This document shows, piece after piece, positions 7,443 to 17,910 of a stretch of 43,098 nt of DNA. Numbering within the stretch: position 1 is the first letter of the stretch; each line of letters starts with the position of its first letter. A model generated the notes under the pieces. It had not been told where the DNA came from. It worked only from the letters and a program-made list of their open reading frames with translations, and did no database searches. Origin of the DNA: a bacterium (GTDB lineage Bacteria; Patescibacteriota; Doudnabacteria; UBA920; VMFF01); assembly GCA_027348385.1 (NCBI GenBank), contig DAIEPO010000003.1:1-43098 (forward strand), given 5' to 3'. A program made the translations under genes and the position numbers.

Positions 7443-8822
7443 ATGGATATAAACCAGGGGATCTTTAAGGCTTACGATATTAGAGGCATTTACCCAGATC
7501 AATTAAATGAAGACGGCGCTTATGCGATTGCACGAGCATTTGTTTCTTTGGTTAAAAAAAGAATAGGTACAGAAAAGAAACTTAAAATTGCAGTTGGTTC
7601 TGACATGCGTCTTTCAAGCCCCTCTTTAAAAGAGCGCGTAATTGCAGGGTTGTTAGATAGTGGTGTTGATGTTGATGATATTGGTTTAGTTTCTTCACCT
7701 GCTTTTTACTTTGCAGTAGGTTTTTACGGATATGATGCTGGTATGCAGGTTTCAGCTTCGCATAACCCCAAAGAATACAATGGTTTAAAACTAGTCTTTG
7801 AAAAAGGTTTTCCAGTAAGCAAAGAAAACGGTATTTATGAGTTAAGAGAAATGGTTACAAACGACCAGTTACCTGAACTTGCTTTAGAAAAAGGGACTCT
7901 TGGTAAAAGAGAAAATATTGCTGAGGCTTGTGTTGCAGAACAAACAAAAAATCTTGATCTTTCAAAGATCAAGAAGTTTAAAATAGTCATTGATCCGGCA
8001 AATGCCATGGGTATAACTGACATGCAAGCATTGTTTGCAAAACTTCCATGTGAATTAGTAAAGATGAATTTTGAACTAGATGGTAATTTTCCAGCACACC
8101 CTGCAGATCCAATGCTAGCAGAAAACATTGCTGCATTAAAGGAACGAGTTATTGCTGAAAAAGCAGACTTAGGAATTGGTATTGATGGTGATGCTGATAG
8201 ATACTTCTTTGTTGATGAAAAAGGCGAACCAATCAAACAGGGGATCATGCGCGGATTAATGGCTCAGATTGAATTAAAAGATCATCCTGGAGCAACCATT
8301 GCATATGACATCCGTCCTGGAAGAATAACTTTAGACATGATTTTAAAGTTTGGTGGTAAACCTCTTTTAACTCCTGTTGGACATTCTCTGATCAAAAAAA
8401 TGATGGTTGAAAACAACGCCATCTATGGTGGAGAATCATCCGGACACTTTGCTTACAAGTTTGATTACGGAACTTTTGAAGCACCAATTCCAGAGGTTGT
8501 TAAATTCTTAATATATATTTCAGAACAAAACAAACCAGTTTCAGAGATAATAAAGCCGTACGATGTATATTATCATTCCGGGGAAATAAATATGCATTTG
8601 CAAAGCAATGAAGAGGCACTAAGCAAGATTGAACAAATAAAAGCAATGTTCCCAGATGGCAAAGTAAACCTCATGGATGGTTTAAGCGTAGAATACCCAG
8701 ATTTCTGGTTTAACTTAAGACCTTCAAATACAGAACCGCTCTTAAGATTAGCGGTTGAGGGTGCAAGTAAAGAGATTGTTGAACAGAAAGTAGCGGAAAT
8801 GAAAAAGGTTTTAATGGGATAA
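7443..8822 (+). CDS. Phosphomannomutase/phosphoglucomutase
   Basis: IFKAYDIRG, VSASHNP phosphoserine loop, DGDADR metal loop, GESSGH, LRPSNTEP. Confidence 0.95.
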   Translation: MDINQGIFKAYDIRGIYPDQLNEDGAYAIARAFVSLVKKRIGTEKKLKIAVGSDMRLSSPSLKERVIAGLLDSGVDVDDIGLVSSPAFYFAVGFYGYDAGMQVSASHNPKEYNGLKLVFEKGFPVSKENGIYELREMVTNDQLPELALEKGTLGKRENIAEACVAEQTKNLDLSKIKKFKIVIDPANAMGITDMQALFAKLPCELVKMNFELDGNFPAHPADPMLAENIAALKERVIAEKADLGIGIDGDADRYFFVDEKGEPIKQGIMRGLMAQIELKDHPGATIAYDIRPGRITLDMILKFGGKPLLTPVGHSLIKKMMVENNAIYGGESSGHFAYKFDYGTFEAPIPEVVKFLIYISEQNKPVSEIIKPYDVYYHSGEINMHLQSNEEALSKIEQIKAMFPDGKVNLMDGLSVEYPDFWFNLRPSNTEPLLRLAVEGASKEIVEQKVAEMKKVLMG

Positions 8823-8826
8823 TAAA

Positions 8827-8850
8827 AAAAGGCGCCTCAGGGCGCCTTTT
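8827..8850. terminator. Bidirectional terminator
   Basis: AAAAGGCGCC-TCAG-GGCGCCTTTT between convergent genes. Confidence 0.85.
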
Positions 8851-8854
8851 AAAT

Positions 8855-9829
8855 TTATAACAATCCAATTTTCCCTTTTATCTCCTCAATCGTTTTGTTA
8901 GCAATACTTTGTGCTTTCTTCGATCCTTCTGCTAAGACTTCTGCAAGGTATTCTGGATCAGCAAGCAACTTCGCTCTTTTTTCCCTGAACTCTGCAAAAT
9001 GATTTGCGATTGCTTCTGCTAGAGCATCTTTTAAGTGTGAGAATTGAATAGTGTTATCTTTAAGCTGGCTTTGGAAAAATTCATACTGTCCTTCAGTTCC
9101 GAATTCTTTTAACAACCGCATCAGGTTATCAACTCCCTCAGATTTTCCTTTAGCATCAGTTGCTGTGACTGCTTTTTTAAGTTTCTTTTTAATTTCTTCA
9201 GGAGAATCAGCTAGCAATATTCCTGAACCACTAGTTTTACTCATTTTCTTTGTTGGTTCAGAAAGACTCATGATTTTTGCTGTTTTGTTTAGGATTGGTT
9301 TTGGTTCAGGAAATGTTTTGCCAAATGCATTATTAAACTTTCTTGCAATCACTCGGGAAAGTTCTAGGTGTTGCACTTGATCTTCACCAACAGGTACAAC
9401 CTCACCTTTGTAGAGCAAAACATCAGCTGCCATTAATACAGGATAGTTTAATAGCCCTGCATTAATATTCTTAATGTTTTCTCCAGAAGCTTTGTCTTTA
9501 AACTGAGTCATTCTTTGTAATTCAGAAACAGGAGTAATACAATTAAAAATCCAAGCTAGTTCTGTGTGTTGTGGCACTTGGGATTGTAAAAAGATTGTGC
9601 TTTTCTTAGGATCAAGTCCAAGGGCTATATAGTCAGCAAGAACAGCCCAAGAGCTCTTTCTTAATTCTTCAGGCTGAAACGGTGTTGTTAAAGTATGTAA
9701 GTCAGCAATGAAGAAATAGCAGTCATAGTCATCTTGTTTTTCTATGAACTGCTTTATCGCTCCTAAGTAATTGCCAATATGTGGTTCACTACTTGCTCTT
9801 AATCCAGAGACTAAAATCTGTTTTTTCAT
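8855..9829 (-). CDS. trpS: Tryptophan--tRNA ligase
   Basis: HIGNYLGA, YPVLMAADVL, VPVGEDQ, KMSK; start at ATG 9829. Confidence 0.96.
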   Translation of the reverse strand: MKKQILVSGLRASSEPHIGNYLGAIKQFIEKQDDYDCYFFIADLHTLTTPFQPEELRKSSWAVLADYIALGLDPKKSTIFLQSQVPQHTELAWIFNCITPVSELQRMTQFKDKASGENIKNINAGLLNYPVLMAADVLLYKGEVVPVGEDQVQHLELSRVIARKFNNAFGKTFPEPKPILNKTAKIMSLSEPTKKMSKTSGSGILLADSPEEIKKKLKKAVTATDAKGKSEGVDNLMRLLKEFGTEGQYEFFQSQLKDNTIQFSHLKDALAEAIANHFAEFREKRAKLLADPEYLAEVLAEGSKKAQSIANKTIEEIKGKIGLL

Positions 9830-9883
9830 GCTTAAAGTATAGCATATTTGGGTTATGATATACTCATACAAAAGAGAGTTTTG

Positions 9884-10420
9884 ATGAAAATATTCAATAT
9901 ATACAAGCAAACAAAAAGAAAAAATCAAAAGGGTTTTACCCTAATAGAGCTTTTAGTAGTTATCGCCATTATTGGTCTGATGGCCTCAGTTGTGACTATG
10001 GGTTTAGGTAGGGCTCGTGCAAAAGCACGGGATGTTAAAAGACGTGCTGATTTAAAACAAATCGCAACTGCCATGGAGTTGTATTACAATGATCACAATT
10101 CTTTTCAGGTTTCAGGTGGTGGATATTTTGGCGGCGGACAAGGTTGGTTTTCATATGAAAATGGTTCATCATATGTCACTTCAGTTGCGCATCAATTAAA
10201 TATTCTTGGGTACTTAGGAAATACAAAAGCAGAGGACCCAATTCAAAATCCTGGATATATGATATATCTTTGTAATAACGCGCAGGTCTATGCAGTTTCA
10301 GCAACCTTGGAATATCCAACTGCAGATGATATTGCTTTCATCCAAACAACTTGTAATGGAGTTGGTGGAAACGGAACGTACACGATTTATGGAAAAAACT
10401 TCGCAGTTGGACACAATTAA
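9884..10420 (+). CDS. Type IV pilin / GspG-like prepilin
   Basis: KG|FTLIELLVVIAIIGLMA prepilin cleavage motif, ARAKARDVKRRADL. Confidence 0.9.
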   Translation: MKIFNIYKQTKRKNQKGFTLIELLVVIAIIGLMASVVTMGLGRARAKARDVKRRADLKQIATAMELYYNDHNSFQVSGGGYFGGGQGWFSYENGSSYVTSVAHQLNILGYLGNTKAEDPIQNPGYMIYLCNNAQVYAVSATLEYPTADDIAFIQTTCNGVGGNGTYTIYGKNFAVGHN

Positions 10421-10446
10421 AAAAGCGGGCTTTAAAGCCCGCTTTT
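10421..10446. terminator. Bidirectional terminator
   Basis: AAAAGCGGGCTTTAAAGCCCGCTTTT palindrome. Confidence 0.85.
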
Positions 10447-10457
10447 AAACTATTAGA

Positions 10458-12257
10458 TTATACTTCCATAACCACTGGCAGAATCATTGGTCTGCGCTCG
10501 GTTTTTTGATAGAGGTATTCACCAATTTGGTCTCTGACTGTTTGACGAATCTGAGCATAGTTTGCTTCGCCATGTCCTTTGTTTTCAAAGAGCTTGCGAA
10601 CTTCGTGTTTAACTTCACGGATTAGTTCATCAGAACCTTTCATGTAGATGAAACCACGGGAAAGAATTTCTGGTTGAGAAATTAATTTTCCGGTTTTACG
10701 ATCAACGGTTAAGATGATCACAAACATTCCATCTTTGGCCATGACTTGTCGGTCACGGATAACGACCTCACCAACATCGCCAACACCTAAACCATCAATG
10801 AAGACATAGCCACCTGGAATCTTTGCTTCAGCAAGTTTGCCTTGCTGTGCTGAGTTAATTTCCATGGCTTGTCCATTGTCCATGATGAAAATGTTTTCAT
10901 CTGGAATACCAAGTTGTTTTGCTAATTCTGCGTGAGCTACTAACATGTAGTGTTCACCGTGAATTGGCATGAAGTACTTTGGTTTAATCAAAGACATCAT
11001 CAACTTTAAGTCTTCTTGTTTAGCGTGTCCGGAAGTGTGAATGTCTAAGTTTTTGTAGTACAAAACTTTGGCACCTTCACGAGTTAAGTTAGAAAGAACG
11101 CTAGCAACAGATGCTTCATTTCCAGGAATTGGAGTAGAGGAGACAACTGCTGTATCACCCTTTTTAATCTTAATGGTTTTATGTTCGCTGCGAGCAATTC
11201 TAGCAAGCGCCGCAGCTTCTTCACCTTGAGAACCAGTAACTAAGATGACCACATCTTTGTCAGGAAACTTTTTCATTTGTTCAGTTTTGATGACAATCTT
11301 TGGTTGGATCTTTAAATACCCTAAAGACAAAGCTATCTCAATGTTTTGAACCATGCTTCTACCGATAACTACAACCTTGCGGTTAAACTTAGCGGCTGAA
11401 TTAAAGACCTGTTGAATACGGGAAATGTTAGTTGCAAAGGTTGCAAAGATAATACGACCAGTCGCTCCTTGAAAAACTCGATCAATCGTATCAGAAAGCT
11501 CGCGTTCAGATATGGCATAACCTGGAACAGCAGCGTTCGTTGAGTCGCTCATTAAAAGCAAAACTCCGTCTCCACCTATTCTCGCAATCTTATCAAACTC
11601 AGCAGGCTTACCATCAACTGGAGTGTAGTCAAACTTCCAGTCTGTTGCATAGACAACAGTTCCAACCGGAGTTTTAATTGCTAAACCAACTCCATCAGGG
11701 AAGCTGTGGTTGACTCTGAAGAATCTAAATTGAAATGCTCCTAGAGTTAAGACATCATCAATGTGCAAAGTGTTAATTTTTGCACGATGCACCATATTAA
11801 ATTCTTCTAATCTTTTCTTAACAAAGCCAGCGGTCAAAGGCATGGTGTAGATTGGAGGATCACCAAGCTTAGGCAGGATGTAGGGAATACCACCAGTGTG
11901 GTCTAAGTGACCATGGGTGATAACTACTCCGCGGATGCGACGTTTGTTTTCTTCAAGCCATTTAGTATCAGGGATGATGTAATCAATACCAGGCATGCTT
12001 TCATCTGGGAAAGCAAAACCCATGTCTATAATTACGAGGTCATCACCGTACTCGAAGACAGTCATGTTTTCACCGACTTCTTCAACACCACCCATTGGGA
12101 TGATGCGCAAGTTCTGGCGTGATGCTGTGAACTTGCTTGTGTTGATGCTGGTTTGTGGCTGAACTGTGTGTCCGTGCGGCACACCAACAACTGTGGGCTT
12201 GTGCGGCGTTTTGCCAGCAGCCCTGTTTCTTATCATAAAATTCCTATTACCGAACAT
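10458..12257 (-). CDS. rnj: Ribonuclease J
   Basis: GGVEEVGENM, THGHLDHTG, SDSTNA, HTSGHA, PIHGE, RRPMILPVVMEV. Confidence 0.96.
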   Translation of the reverse strand: MFGNRNFMIRNRAAGKTPHKPTVVGVPHGHTVQPQTSINTSKFTASRQNLRIIPMGGVEEVGENMTVFEYGDDLVIIDMGFAFPDESMPGIDYIIPDTKWLEENKRRIRGVVITHGHLDHTGGIPYILPKLGDPPIYTMPLTAGFVKKRLEEFNMVHRAKINTLHIDDVLTLGAFQFRFFRVNHSFPDGVGLAIKTPVGTVVYATDWKFDYTPVDGKPAEFDKIARIGGDGVLLLMSDSTNAAVPGYAISERELSDTIDRVFQGATGRIIFATFATNISRIQQVFNSAAKFNRKVVVIGRSMVQNIEIALSLGYLKIQPKIVIKTEQMKKFPDKDVVILVTGSQGEEAAALARIARSEHKTIKIKKGDTAVVSSTPIPGNEASVASVLSNLTREGAKVLYYKNLDIHTSGHAKQEDLKLMMSLIKPKYFMPIHGEHYMLVAHAELAKQLGIPDENIFIMDNGQAMEINSAQQGKLAEAKIPGGYVFIDGLGVGDVGEVVIRDRQVMAKDGMFVIILTVDRKTGKLISQPEILSRGFIYMKGSDELIREVKHEVRKLFENKGHGEANYAQIRQTVRDQIGEYLYQKTERRPMILPVVMEV

Positions 12258-12404
12258 TTAGTAGCGTTCGGTTTAATTATCTATATTCAAATGTTTTTTG
12301 GTTTCCTTAAAGAAGGAATTACACGAAAAACTAAGTTATTAACATTCTACATGTTTTAACTGTTTTTGTCAATGTGGTATAAAAAGTGTAGAATGAAAGC
12401 AATA

Positions 12405-12872
12405 ATGAAAATACTACAGAAACAAAAGGGTTTTACGCTCATAGAGCTCATGGTGACCATGGCAATGATCGGTTTTCTTGCATCCATAATATTGATAGCT
12501 TTGGGTAGTGCTAGGTTAAAAGCACGAGACGCTAAAAGAGTTACAGACGCAAAAAATGTCATCAAGAGCTTTGAGCTGTATTTAAATGATAACGGGGTAT
12601 ACCCGCAATATGGTACAGCAGGAACAGAGTATGATTTAACAACAGCAATGACCAATGCAACACCTGTACCTTTAGTTCCAGGGTATATGAGTCAAACACC
12701 AGTAGACCCAGCGCTTCTAGCCCAAAATCATCCATACAGATATGTAACTGATGCAGGTGGCAGAAATTTTGGCTTAGCAATATATTTTGAAGCAGATGGT
12801 GCATATTGTAAATATCACAGTTCTGGAGGACTTGCTTCTTGGTTTTCAAGTGCACCAGATTGTGTGAGATAA
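12405..12872 (+). CDS. Type IV pilin-like protein
   Basis: KG|FTLIELMVTMAMIGFLAS, ARLKARDAKR, C-terminal Cys pair; promoter TTGTCA-17-TAGAAT upstream. Confidence 0.9.
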   Translation: MKILQKQKGFTLIELMVTMAMIGFLASIILIALGSARLKARDAKRVTDAKNVIKSFELYLNDNGVYPQYGTAGTEYDLTTAMTNATPVPLVPGYMSQTPVDPALLAQNHPYRYVTDAGGRNFGLAIYFEADGAYCKYHSSGGLASWFSSAPDCVR

Positions 12873-12874
12873 CT

Positions 12875-12900
12875 AAAACACCGACAATGGTCGGTGTTTT
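12875..12900. terminator. Bidirectional terminator, copy 1 of a duplicated 26-bp hairpin
   Basis: AAAACACCGAC-AATG-GTCGGTGTTTT. Confidence 0.8.
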
Positions 12901-12946
12901 AAATATGAGGATATTTTACTGAGCTTTGGAGTTTTGATAACAATTT

Positions 12947-13777
12947 CTATTCGTTGTCTTCTACCTTATTACCTTCTTTCAATTGATTTGAAGAACCTGA
13001 ATCTTGAGAACTATTTTTTTCGTCTGCATCCTCTGGCTCATCGGTTTCTTCCGCTTCATCAATCTCTTCTGGTTCCTCTGCTTCTATAGCTTCTTGCTCT
13101 TCTTTTTGTTCAAGCTCTTCTTTTTGCTGATCATCTTCACTCATTTCTTTCTCTATGTTTTTCTGTTCATTCTGGAGAGAATCTTTAAGCTGATCTTTTT
13201 TTTGTTCAAGTGTGTCAATCTTTCCATCAATATCCTTTAGCTGTGCTTCTAACACTGCTATCTCTGCTGTATCTCCGACACGGCGAGCTTCTGCAAGAAG
13301 TTTTGTTTTGATTTCTTTACGCTGGATTTTTAATTGTTCTTTAGCGTCTTTGAAAGTTTGCTCTAAAAGTTTGTCTCGTAAGTCAAACTCATCATTCAAT
13401 GTTTTAGCAAGCGTGGAAACATCCTTACCAGATGTTTTCTCCTGATTAACTATTTCTGCAGCATAGGCTATATTAGTTTTAAGAAGTGACTCAGCTATTG
13501 CCAGTCCCTTGGCATTAACGCCTTTTTTCTCAACCATTATTTTAATCTCAGCAATGCGCTCTCCTGCAAATTCAATTTGTAACTTAGCCTTTGCTTCAGG
13601 GTTAAAGGTAAAGAATTGGCGAAAATTTTCTCCGAAACGATCAAGGAAATAGAAAGGGTTGGCAGGGGTTAGTCCTGGAGATGGAAGTGTTACTGTTGTG
13701 CTTTGGGCAAAGACAGTACTATTAGTAAGGACAAGCAGAGTTGCCAGCACGATGCTAGATGTAAATAGTTTTTTCAT
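12947..13777 (-). CDS. Exported DUF5667-like coiled-coil protein with acidic tail
   Basis: Signal peptide, PGLTPANPFYFLDRFGE...KAKLQIEFAGERIAE motif, Glu/Asp-rich C-terminus. Confidence 0.8.
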   Translation of the reverse strand: MKKLFTSSIVLATLLVLTNSTVFAQSTTVTLPSPGLTPANPFYFLDRFGENFRQFFTFNPEAKAKLQIEFAGERIAEIKIMVEKKGVNAKGLAIAESLLKTNIAYAAEIVNQEKTSGKDVSTLAKTLNDEFDLRDKLLEQTFKDAKEQLKIQRKEIKTKLLAEARRVGDTAEIAVLEAQLKDIDGKIDTLEQKKDQLKDSLQNEQKNIEKEMSEDDQQKEELEQKEEQEAIEAEEPEEIDEAEETDEPEDADEKNSSQDSGSSNQLKEGNKVEDNE

Positions 13778-13879
13778 AGATTTTTGTTATGTTTATTTAA
13801 TTCTTACTGTATGAGTATAGCATAATAACCCTAGTAATAGTGTTTATGGTTGAATGAACTTTTTGGTTTACTAAATTGT

Positions 13880-13905
13880 AAAACACCGACCATTATCGGT
13901 GTTTT
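13880..13905. terminator. Terminator of tRNA-Leu, copy 2 of the duplicated hairpin
   Basis: AAAACACCGACCATTATCGGTGTTTT. Confidence 0.8.
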
Positions 13906-13923
13906 TAATTTAAGAATATTTTT

Positions 13924-14010
13924 TGGTGCCCTGGGTGGGACTTGAACCCACACGGGATTACTCCCATACGTACCTGAAACGTACGCGTATGCCAATTCCG
14001 CCACCAGGGC
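13924..14010 (-). tRNA. tRNA-Leu (CAG)
   Basis: GCCCTGGTGGCGGAATTGGCATACGCGTACGTTT-CAG-GTACGTA, long variable arm, ...GTGGGTTCAAGTCCCACCCAGGGCACCA. Confidence 0.95.
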
Positions 14011-14016
14011 AGGGAA

Positions 14017-15777
14017 CTATTTCCAGTCTCTACCAGTATCTAAATACCAGTGATTTACATCATAGAAGCGATCTTCTGGATTTGCAAGCACCTTAATATT
14101 GATTCCTAAGACATCAGGACGCATCTCGTAAACAAAAACACTTTGATCCAGGATTATTGCAGGCAAGTCGTATGAGAAAATGTCTTGAAACTGTTTGTAA
14201 AAGCCTGATCTTGTTGAACCGTTGAAAGTTGTTCTCGCATCCGCTATTATCTTGTCTATCGTTAAGTTTTTGTATTGGGATAAGTTAACTCCCGGGTTAT
14301 TACTCTGTGAAGAATGCCAAAAGATAAACGGATCTGGGTCATAACCACTGCTTTCTGCAAAGAGCAAGCCTTCAAAATTTCTTGTTCTGAGATAGTTTTT
14401 TTCAAACTCAGCTCCGGCAACAACATTGATATTAATATTTAAACCAATCTTCGCCCACTGTTCTTTTAAGTTTTCTGCACTTTTAACATTTAAAGAAAAG
14501 TCATTTGTGGTTATAGTGAACTGCAGCGCATCCTTACCTTTAAAACGCATCCCTGATGTATCTTTTTTCCAACCATCTTTTTCCAAGATCGTGTTTGCAG
14601 CATCTAAATCAAAAGAGTTTTTCAAAGCACTGTTTTGATCATAGCCAATTTGCCCTGGAAGGATTGGGGTGTATGCAGGGATGGCCATTCCAGAATATAC
14701 ATTATCGATGAAGCTGTTTCGATCAATGCTTTTTGCCATGGCTTCTCGAACTGCATGACTACCAAGTGCTTTGTTCTTGCTGAGGTTAAAAAACAAAGCT
14801 TGGTATTGAAAAACTGGGATTTGTGAAATATTTAGTTTGGTATTCTTTGGATCAACAAAGATTTTCTTGTCAAAAGGAATGAAACCAATTGCATCAACTT
14901 CTTTAGTGTGTAGTCCTGAAATTATGTCTTGGTTTGTTTGATAAAACTTCAAAGTAATTTCATCAATATATGCCTTACCATTAGCATAGTTTGAGTATGA
15001 TTCTAAAAGTACAGACCTAACTGTGCCATTAGGTAGCTTGTTAATCTCTTTTACAAAATATGGACCATTGCCAACTGGCTCGAGATTATACTTAGCAATG
15101 TAAAAGTTTTGAGCTGGTACATTTTGCCAAATGTGTTTAGGTAAAATACCTAAAGTTAAATTAGTTACAAAAGGAGCTGAAACGTTTTTGTTTGAAAACT
15201 TAACAGTTAAGTTATCAATTTTTTCCGCTGTGATGTTATTCCAAAGCGCATGCATCGGACTCTTGTAATCAGGATTTTGAATTGTTTGGATTGTAAAAAT
15301 TACATCATCTGCAGAAATGCTATGTCCGTCATGCCACTTTAAATCTGGTTTTAGAGAAATGGTGTATTGTTTTTGATCATCAGAAAGTTTAAAATCTCCA
15401 CTTGCTAAGTCTGGAACAATGTTTCCTTGGTTGTCATATTTGTACAACCCTGAAAAAACAAGTCTGGTTAAATCTTTGTCAGTTTGAGTTTGTGCAAGCA
15501 GGGGGTTAATGAATCTTGGTTCACCAACCATACCTTCGCTGTAACTACCACCATTTGCAGGCACTTTAACCGTGTTTGCAGTATAAAAGGTTGCTGCTAA
15601 CAAGAACACATCAATGATTATTAAAGCAAGCAGTGAAATTACCCAAATCTTTTCTTTTCTGCCAAAGAGCTTGAAGATCGGTCCGAGATGCTTAAACTTA
15701 AAAGAACGCAGATTTTTAATTCCGCGTCCAGTTCTTTTAATCTCTGATATTGAGTTTTCTAACAAGATCTTTTGCAA
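14017..15777 (-). CDS. Membrane-anchored peptide ABC transporter substrate-binding protein (family 5)
   Basis: N-terminal TM, GGSYSEGMVGEPRFINPL, KWHDGHSISADDVIFT, PVGNGPY. Confidence 0.9.
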   Translation of the reverse strand: MQKILLENSISEIKRTGRGIKNLRSFKFKHLGPIFKLFGRKEKIWVISLLALIIIDVFLLAATFYTANTVKVPANGGSYSEGMVGEPRFINPLLAQTQTDKDLTRLVFSGLYKYDNQGNIVPDLASGDFKLSDDQKQYTISLKPDLKWHDGHSISADDVIFTIQTIQNPDYKSPMHALWNNITAEKIDNLTVKFSNKNVSAPFVTNLTLGILPKHIWQNVPAQNFYIAKYNLEPVGNGPYFVKEINKLPNGTVRSVLLESYSNYANGKAYIDEITLKFYQTNQDIISGLHTKEVDAIGFIPFDKKIFVDPKNTKLNISQIPVFQYQALFFNLSKNKALGSHAVREAMAKSIDRNSFIDNVYSGMAIPAYTPILPGQIGYDQNSALKNSFDLDAANTILEKDGWKKDTSGMRFKGKDALQFTITTNDFSLNVKSAENLKEQWAKIGLNININVVAGAEFEKNYLRTRNFEGLLFAESSGYDPDPFIFWHSSQSNNPGVNLSQYKNLTIDKIIADARTTFNGSTRSGFYKQFQDIFSYDLPAIILDQSVFVYEMRPDVLGINIKVLANPEDRFYDVNHWYLDTGRDWK

Positions 15778-15781
15778 GGTA

Positions 15782-16009
15782 TTATTTTACTAAAACAATC
15801 GCTAAGCTCAAACCTACAAAGGCAATCGCTAAGACAATGGTAAAGTAGAAGAGCCATTTTTCAAAGCCACGCTTGGTTCTGTAAACAGCATCTGCGCCAC
15901 CGAAAACCCCTGAGAGGCCAACACCTTTGTTCTGGGAAAGGATTACTGCAGTTAGGACTACTCCCACCGCGATTTGAATCAAGCTAAGTATTTTTTGTAG
16001 ATGAGTCAT
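15782..16009 (-). CDS. secG: Preprotein translocase subunit SecG
   Basis: Two TMs, Q..GVGLSGVFGG, TKRGFEK; start at ATG 16009. Confidence 0.9.
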   Translation of the reverse strand: MTHLQKILSLIQIAVGVVLTAVILSQNKGVGLSGVFGGADAVYRTKRGFEKWLFYFTIVLAIAFVGLSLAIVLVK

Positions 16010-16056
16010 GCGAAAAGTATACCAAATATAGGGATTTGTGGTCAACGCTCCCTTTT

Positions 16057-17835
16057 TTAGAGATTTTCAAGCAGTTCTTTGGCAGTCTTTGAACCTAGTA
16101 TTAAATCAAGCTCTTTCTTAGAGGCTTTACGTATACCAGCAACTGAGCCATATTTTTTAATAAGCAGTTTTTTCTTCTTTGGACCAATCCCAGCAATCTC
16201 ATCAAGCATTGATTTGTAAGCAGTCTTTGAACGCAGTTTTTTGTGAAAGGTAATTGCAAAACGATGTGCCTCGTCTCTTAATCTTTGCAAGAGTTGTAAG
16301 GCATAATTTGATTTAGCAAGTAGAATTGGCTGAGCTTTTCCTGGAACGAATATCTCTTCCTCTCTTTTAGCCAGAGCAATGACTGGGATTTTTAATTTGT
16401 ATTGAGCAAGCACATCAATAGCAACTCCAAGCTGTCCTTTACCACCATCAACAACTAAAAGGTTTGGCAGAGGCCATTTTGCTTCAGCGCTGTTTTTAAA
16501 TCTTCTGCTTAATGCCTCTTGCATCATGCCAAAGTCATTTGGTTGGCCATCATTTTTAATCTTAAACTTTCTGTATTCGGATTTTTTTGCTTTGCCTGCT
16601 TCAAAAACAACCATACTTGCAACTGAGTTTGTTCCTTGAATATTAGAAATATCAAAACACTCAATTCTAAAAGGTGTTTCAGCAAGCTTCAAGGTTTTTT
16701 TCAATTCATCCAAGGCAAGCGTTGTTCTAGAAAGCTCAGATGCTTGACTTGTTGCCCAAGACTCAAAATATTCCCGAGCATTTTCAACCCCAAGTTTGAT
16801 GATCTTTGCTTTCTTGCCAAGTTTTGGTCTAAGAACCTTAATATTTCTACCTGAGTTTAATGTCATGACCTTACGCAAAGCAGAAAGTTCGTCAGGCATT
16901 TCCTGGACATAGATTTCTTTTGGTAGATCTGTTGCTTGAGCATAGTAATTCTCAAGAAATGCTGAAAATATTTCAGCAAACGTTTTGTTTTCCGTGTTTT
17001 CTAAAATGAAGTTCTTTCGATCATTTAACTTACCATTACGAATGACAAAAACATTAATCGTTGCTTTGTCTGCGCTTTGAAACAAAGAAACAAAATCCCA
17101 CGAAACTTTTTGAGAGAAGATAACTTTTTGGCGTTCTTCAATAATCTGCAGGGATTGCCATTGATTCCTTAAGTCCGCCGCTCGTTCAAACTGCTTTTTC
17201 TTAGAAGACTTTAGCATTTGTCCCTGAATCTCTTTTTTAATTTCAGAAATGTGTCCACTTAAGAACAAAGAGATTTTATGCATTGTTCCTTGGTATTCTG
17301 CAATACTAATTTTTCCAATACAAACACCCGGACAACGATGCAGATAGTAGTAGAAGCAAGGACGATTAGAAATTTTTTTGTTTGCACAATATGGAAAAAC
17401 TTTTCTTAAAATGCTTAAAGTCTCTCTAATCTTCTGCGCTGAAGAATACGGGCCAAAATACTTGGCGTTTTTGGAATCAGGATTTCTTACAGAGTATATC
17501 TGTGGTATTTCAGTTTCATAGTCAATCTTAATATATGCATAATTCTTGTCATCCCGAAGCATGATGTTGTATTTTGGTTGATGTTTTTTAATCAACGTAT
17601 TTTCAAGCATCAAAGACTCTAACTCATTGTCTGTAATGATATATTCAAAATCAACCGCATCATTAACTAAAAAGGGGATTTGCGGTCTAGTGTCATGCCC
17701 ATCAAAGTACTGGCTGACCCTGGATTTTAGGTTTAGAGCCTTACCAATATATATGACAACGCCTTGTTTATTCTTAAAGAGATAGACCCCGGTTTTTTTG
17801 GGTGTATTCTTTAGTTTTACCTTGATCTTGTCCAT
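16057..17835 (-). CDS. uvrC: Excinuclease ABC subunit C
   Basis: GVYLFK...YIGKA GIY-YIG domain, RIECFDISN, VDGGKGQ, RDEAHRFA, HhH. Confidence 0.97.
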   Translation of the reverse strand: MDKIKVKLKNTPKKTGVYLFKNKQGVVIYIGKALNLKSRVSQYFDGHDTRPQIPFLVNDAVDFEYIITDNELESLMLENTLIKKHQPKYNIMLRDDKNYAYIKIDYETEIPQIYSVRNPDSKNAKYFGPYSSAQKIRETLSILRKVFPYCANKKISNRPCFYYYLHRCPGVCIGKISIAEYQGTMHKISLFLSGHISEIKKEIQGQMLKSSKKKQFERAADLRNQWQSLQIIEERQKVIFSQKVSWDFVSLFQSADKATINVFVIRNGKLNDRKNFILENTENKTFAEIFSAFLENYYAQATDLPKEIYVQEMPDELSALRKVMTLNSGRNIKVLRPKLGKKAKIIKLGVENAREYFESWATSQASELSRTTLALDELKKTLKLAETPFRIECFDISNIQGTNSVASMVVFEAGKAKKSEYRKFKIKNDGQPNDFGMMQEALSRRFKNSAEAKWPLPNLLVVDGGKGQLGVAIDVLAQYKLKIPVIALAKREEEIFVPGKAQPILLAKSNYALQLLQRLRDEAHRFAITFHKKLRSKTAYKSMLDEIAGIGPKKKKLLIKKYGSVAGIRKASKKELDLILGSKTAKELLENL

Positions 17836-17910
17836 ATCGCTATTATATAGTATATTTTTTAGCTGTGTCTTAAATAGTATTCCCAGAGGTCTCTCCTAGA
17901 GGAGGCAGCA

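Noticed and set aside
12947-13200. Tandem repeat in the acidic tail of the DUF5667-like gene
   Set aside because: Low-complexity Glu/Asp coding (EEPEE, DEPED) without a regular nucleotide repeat unit
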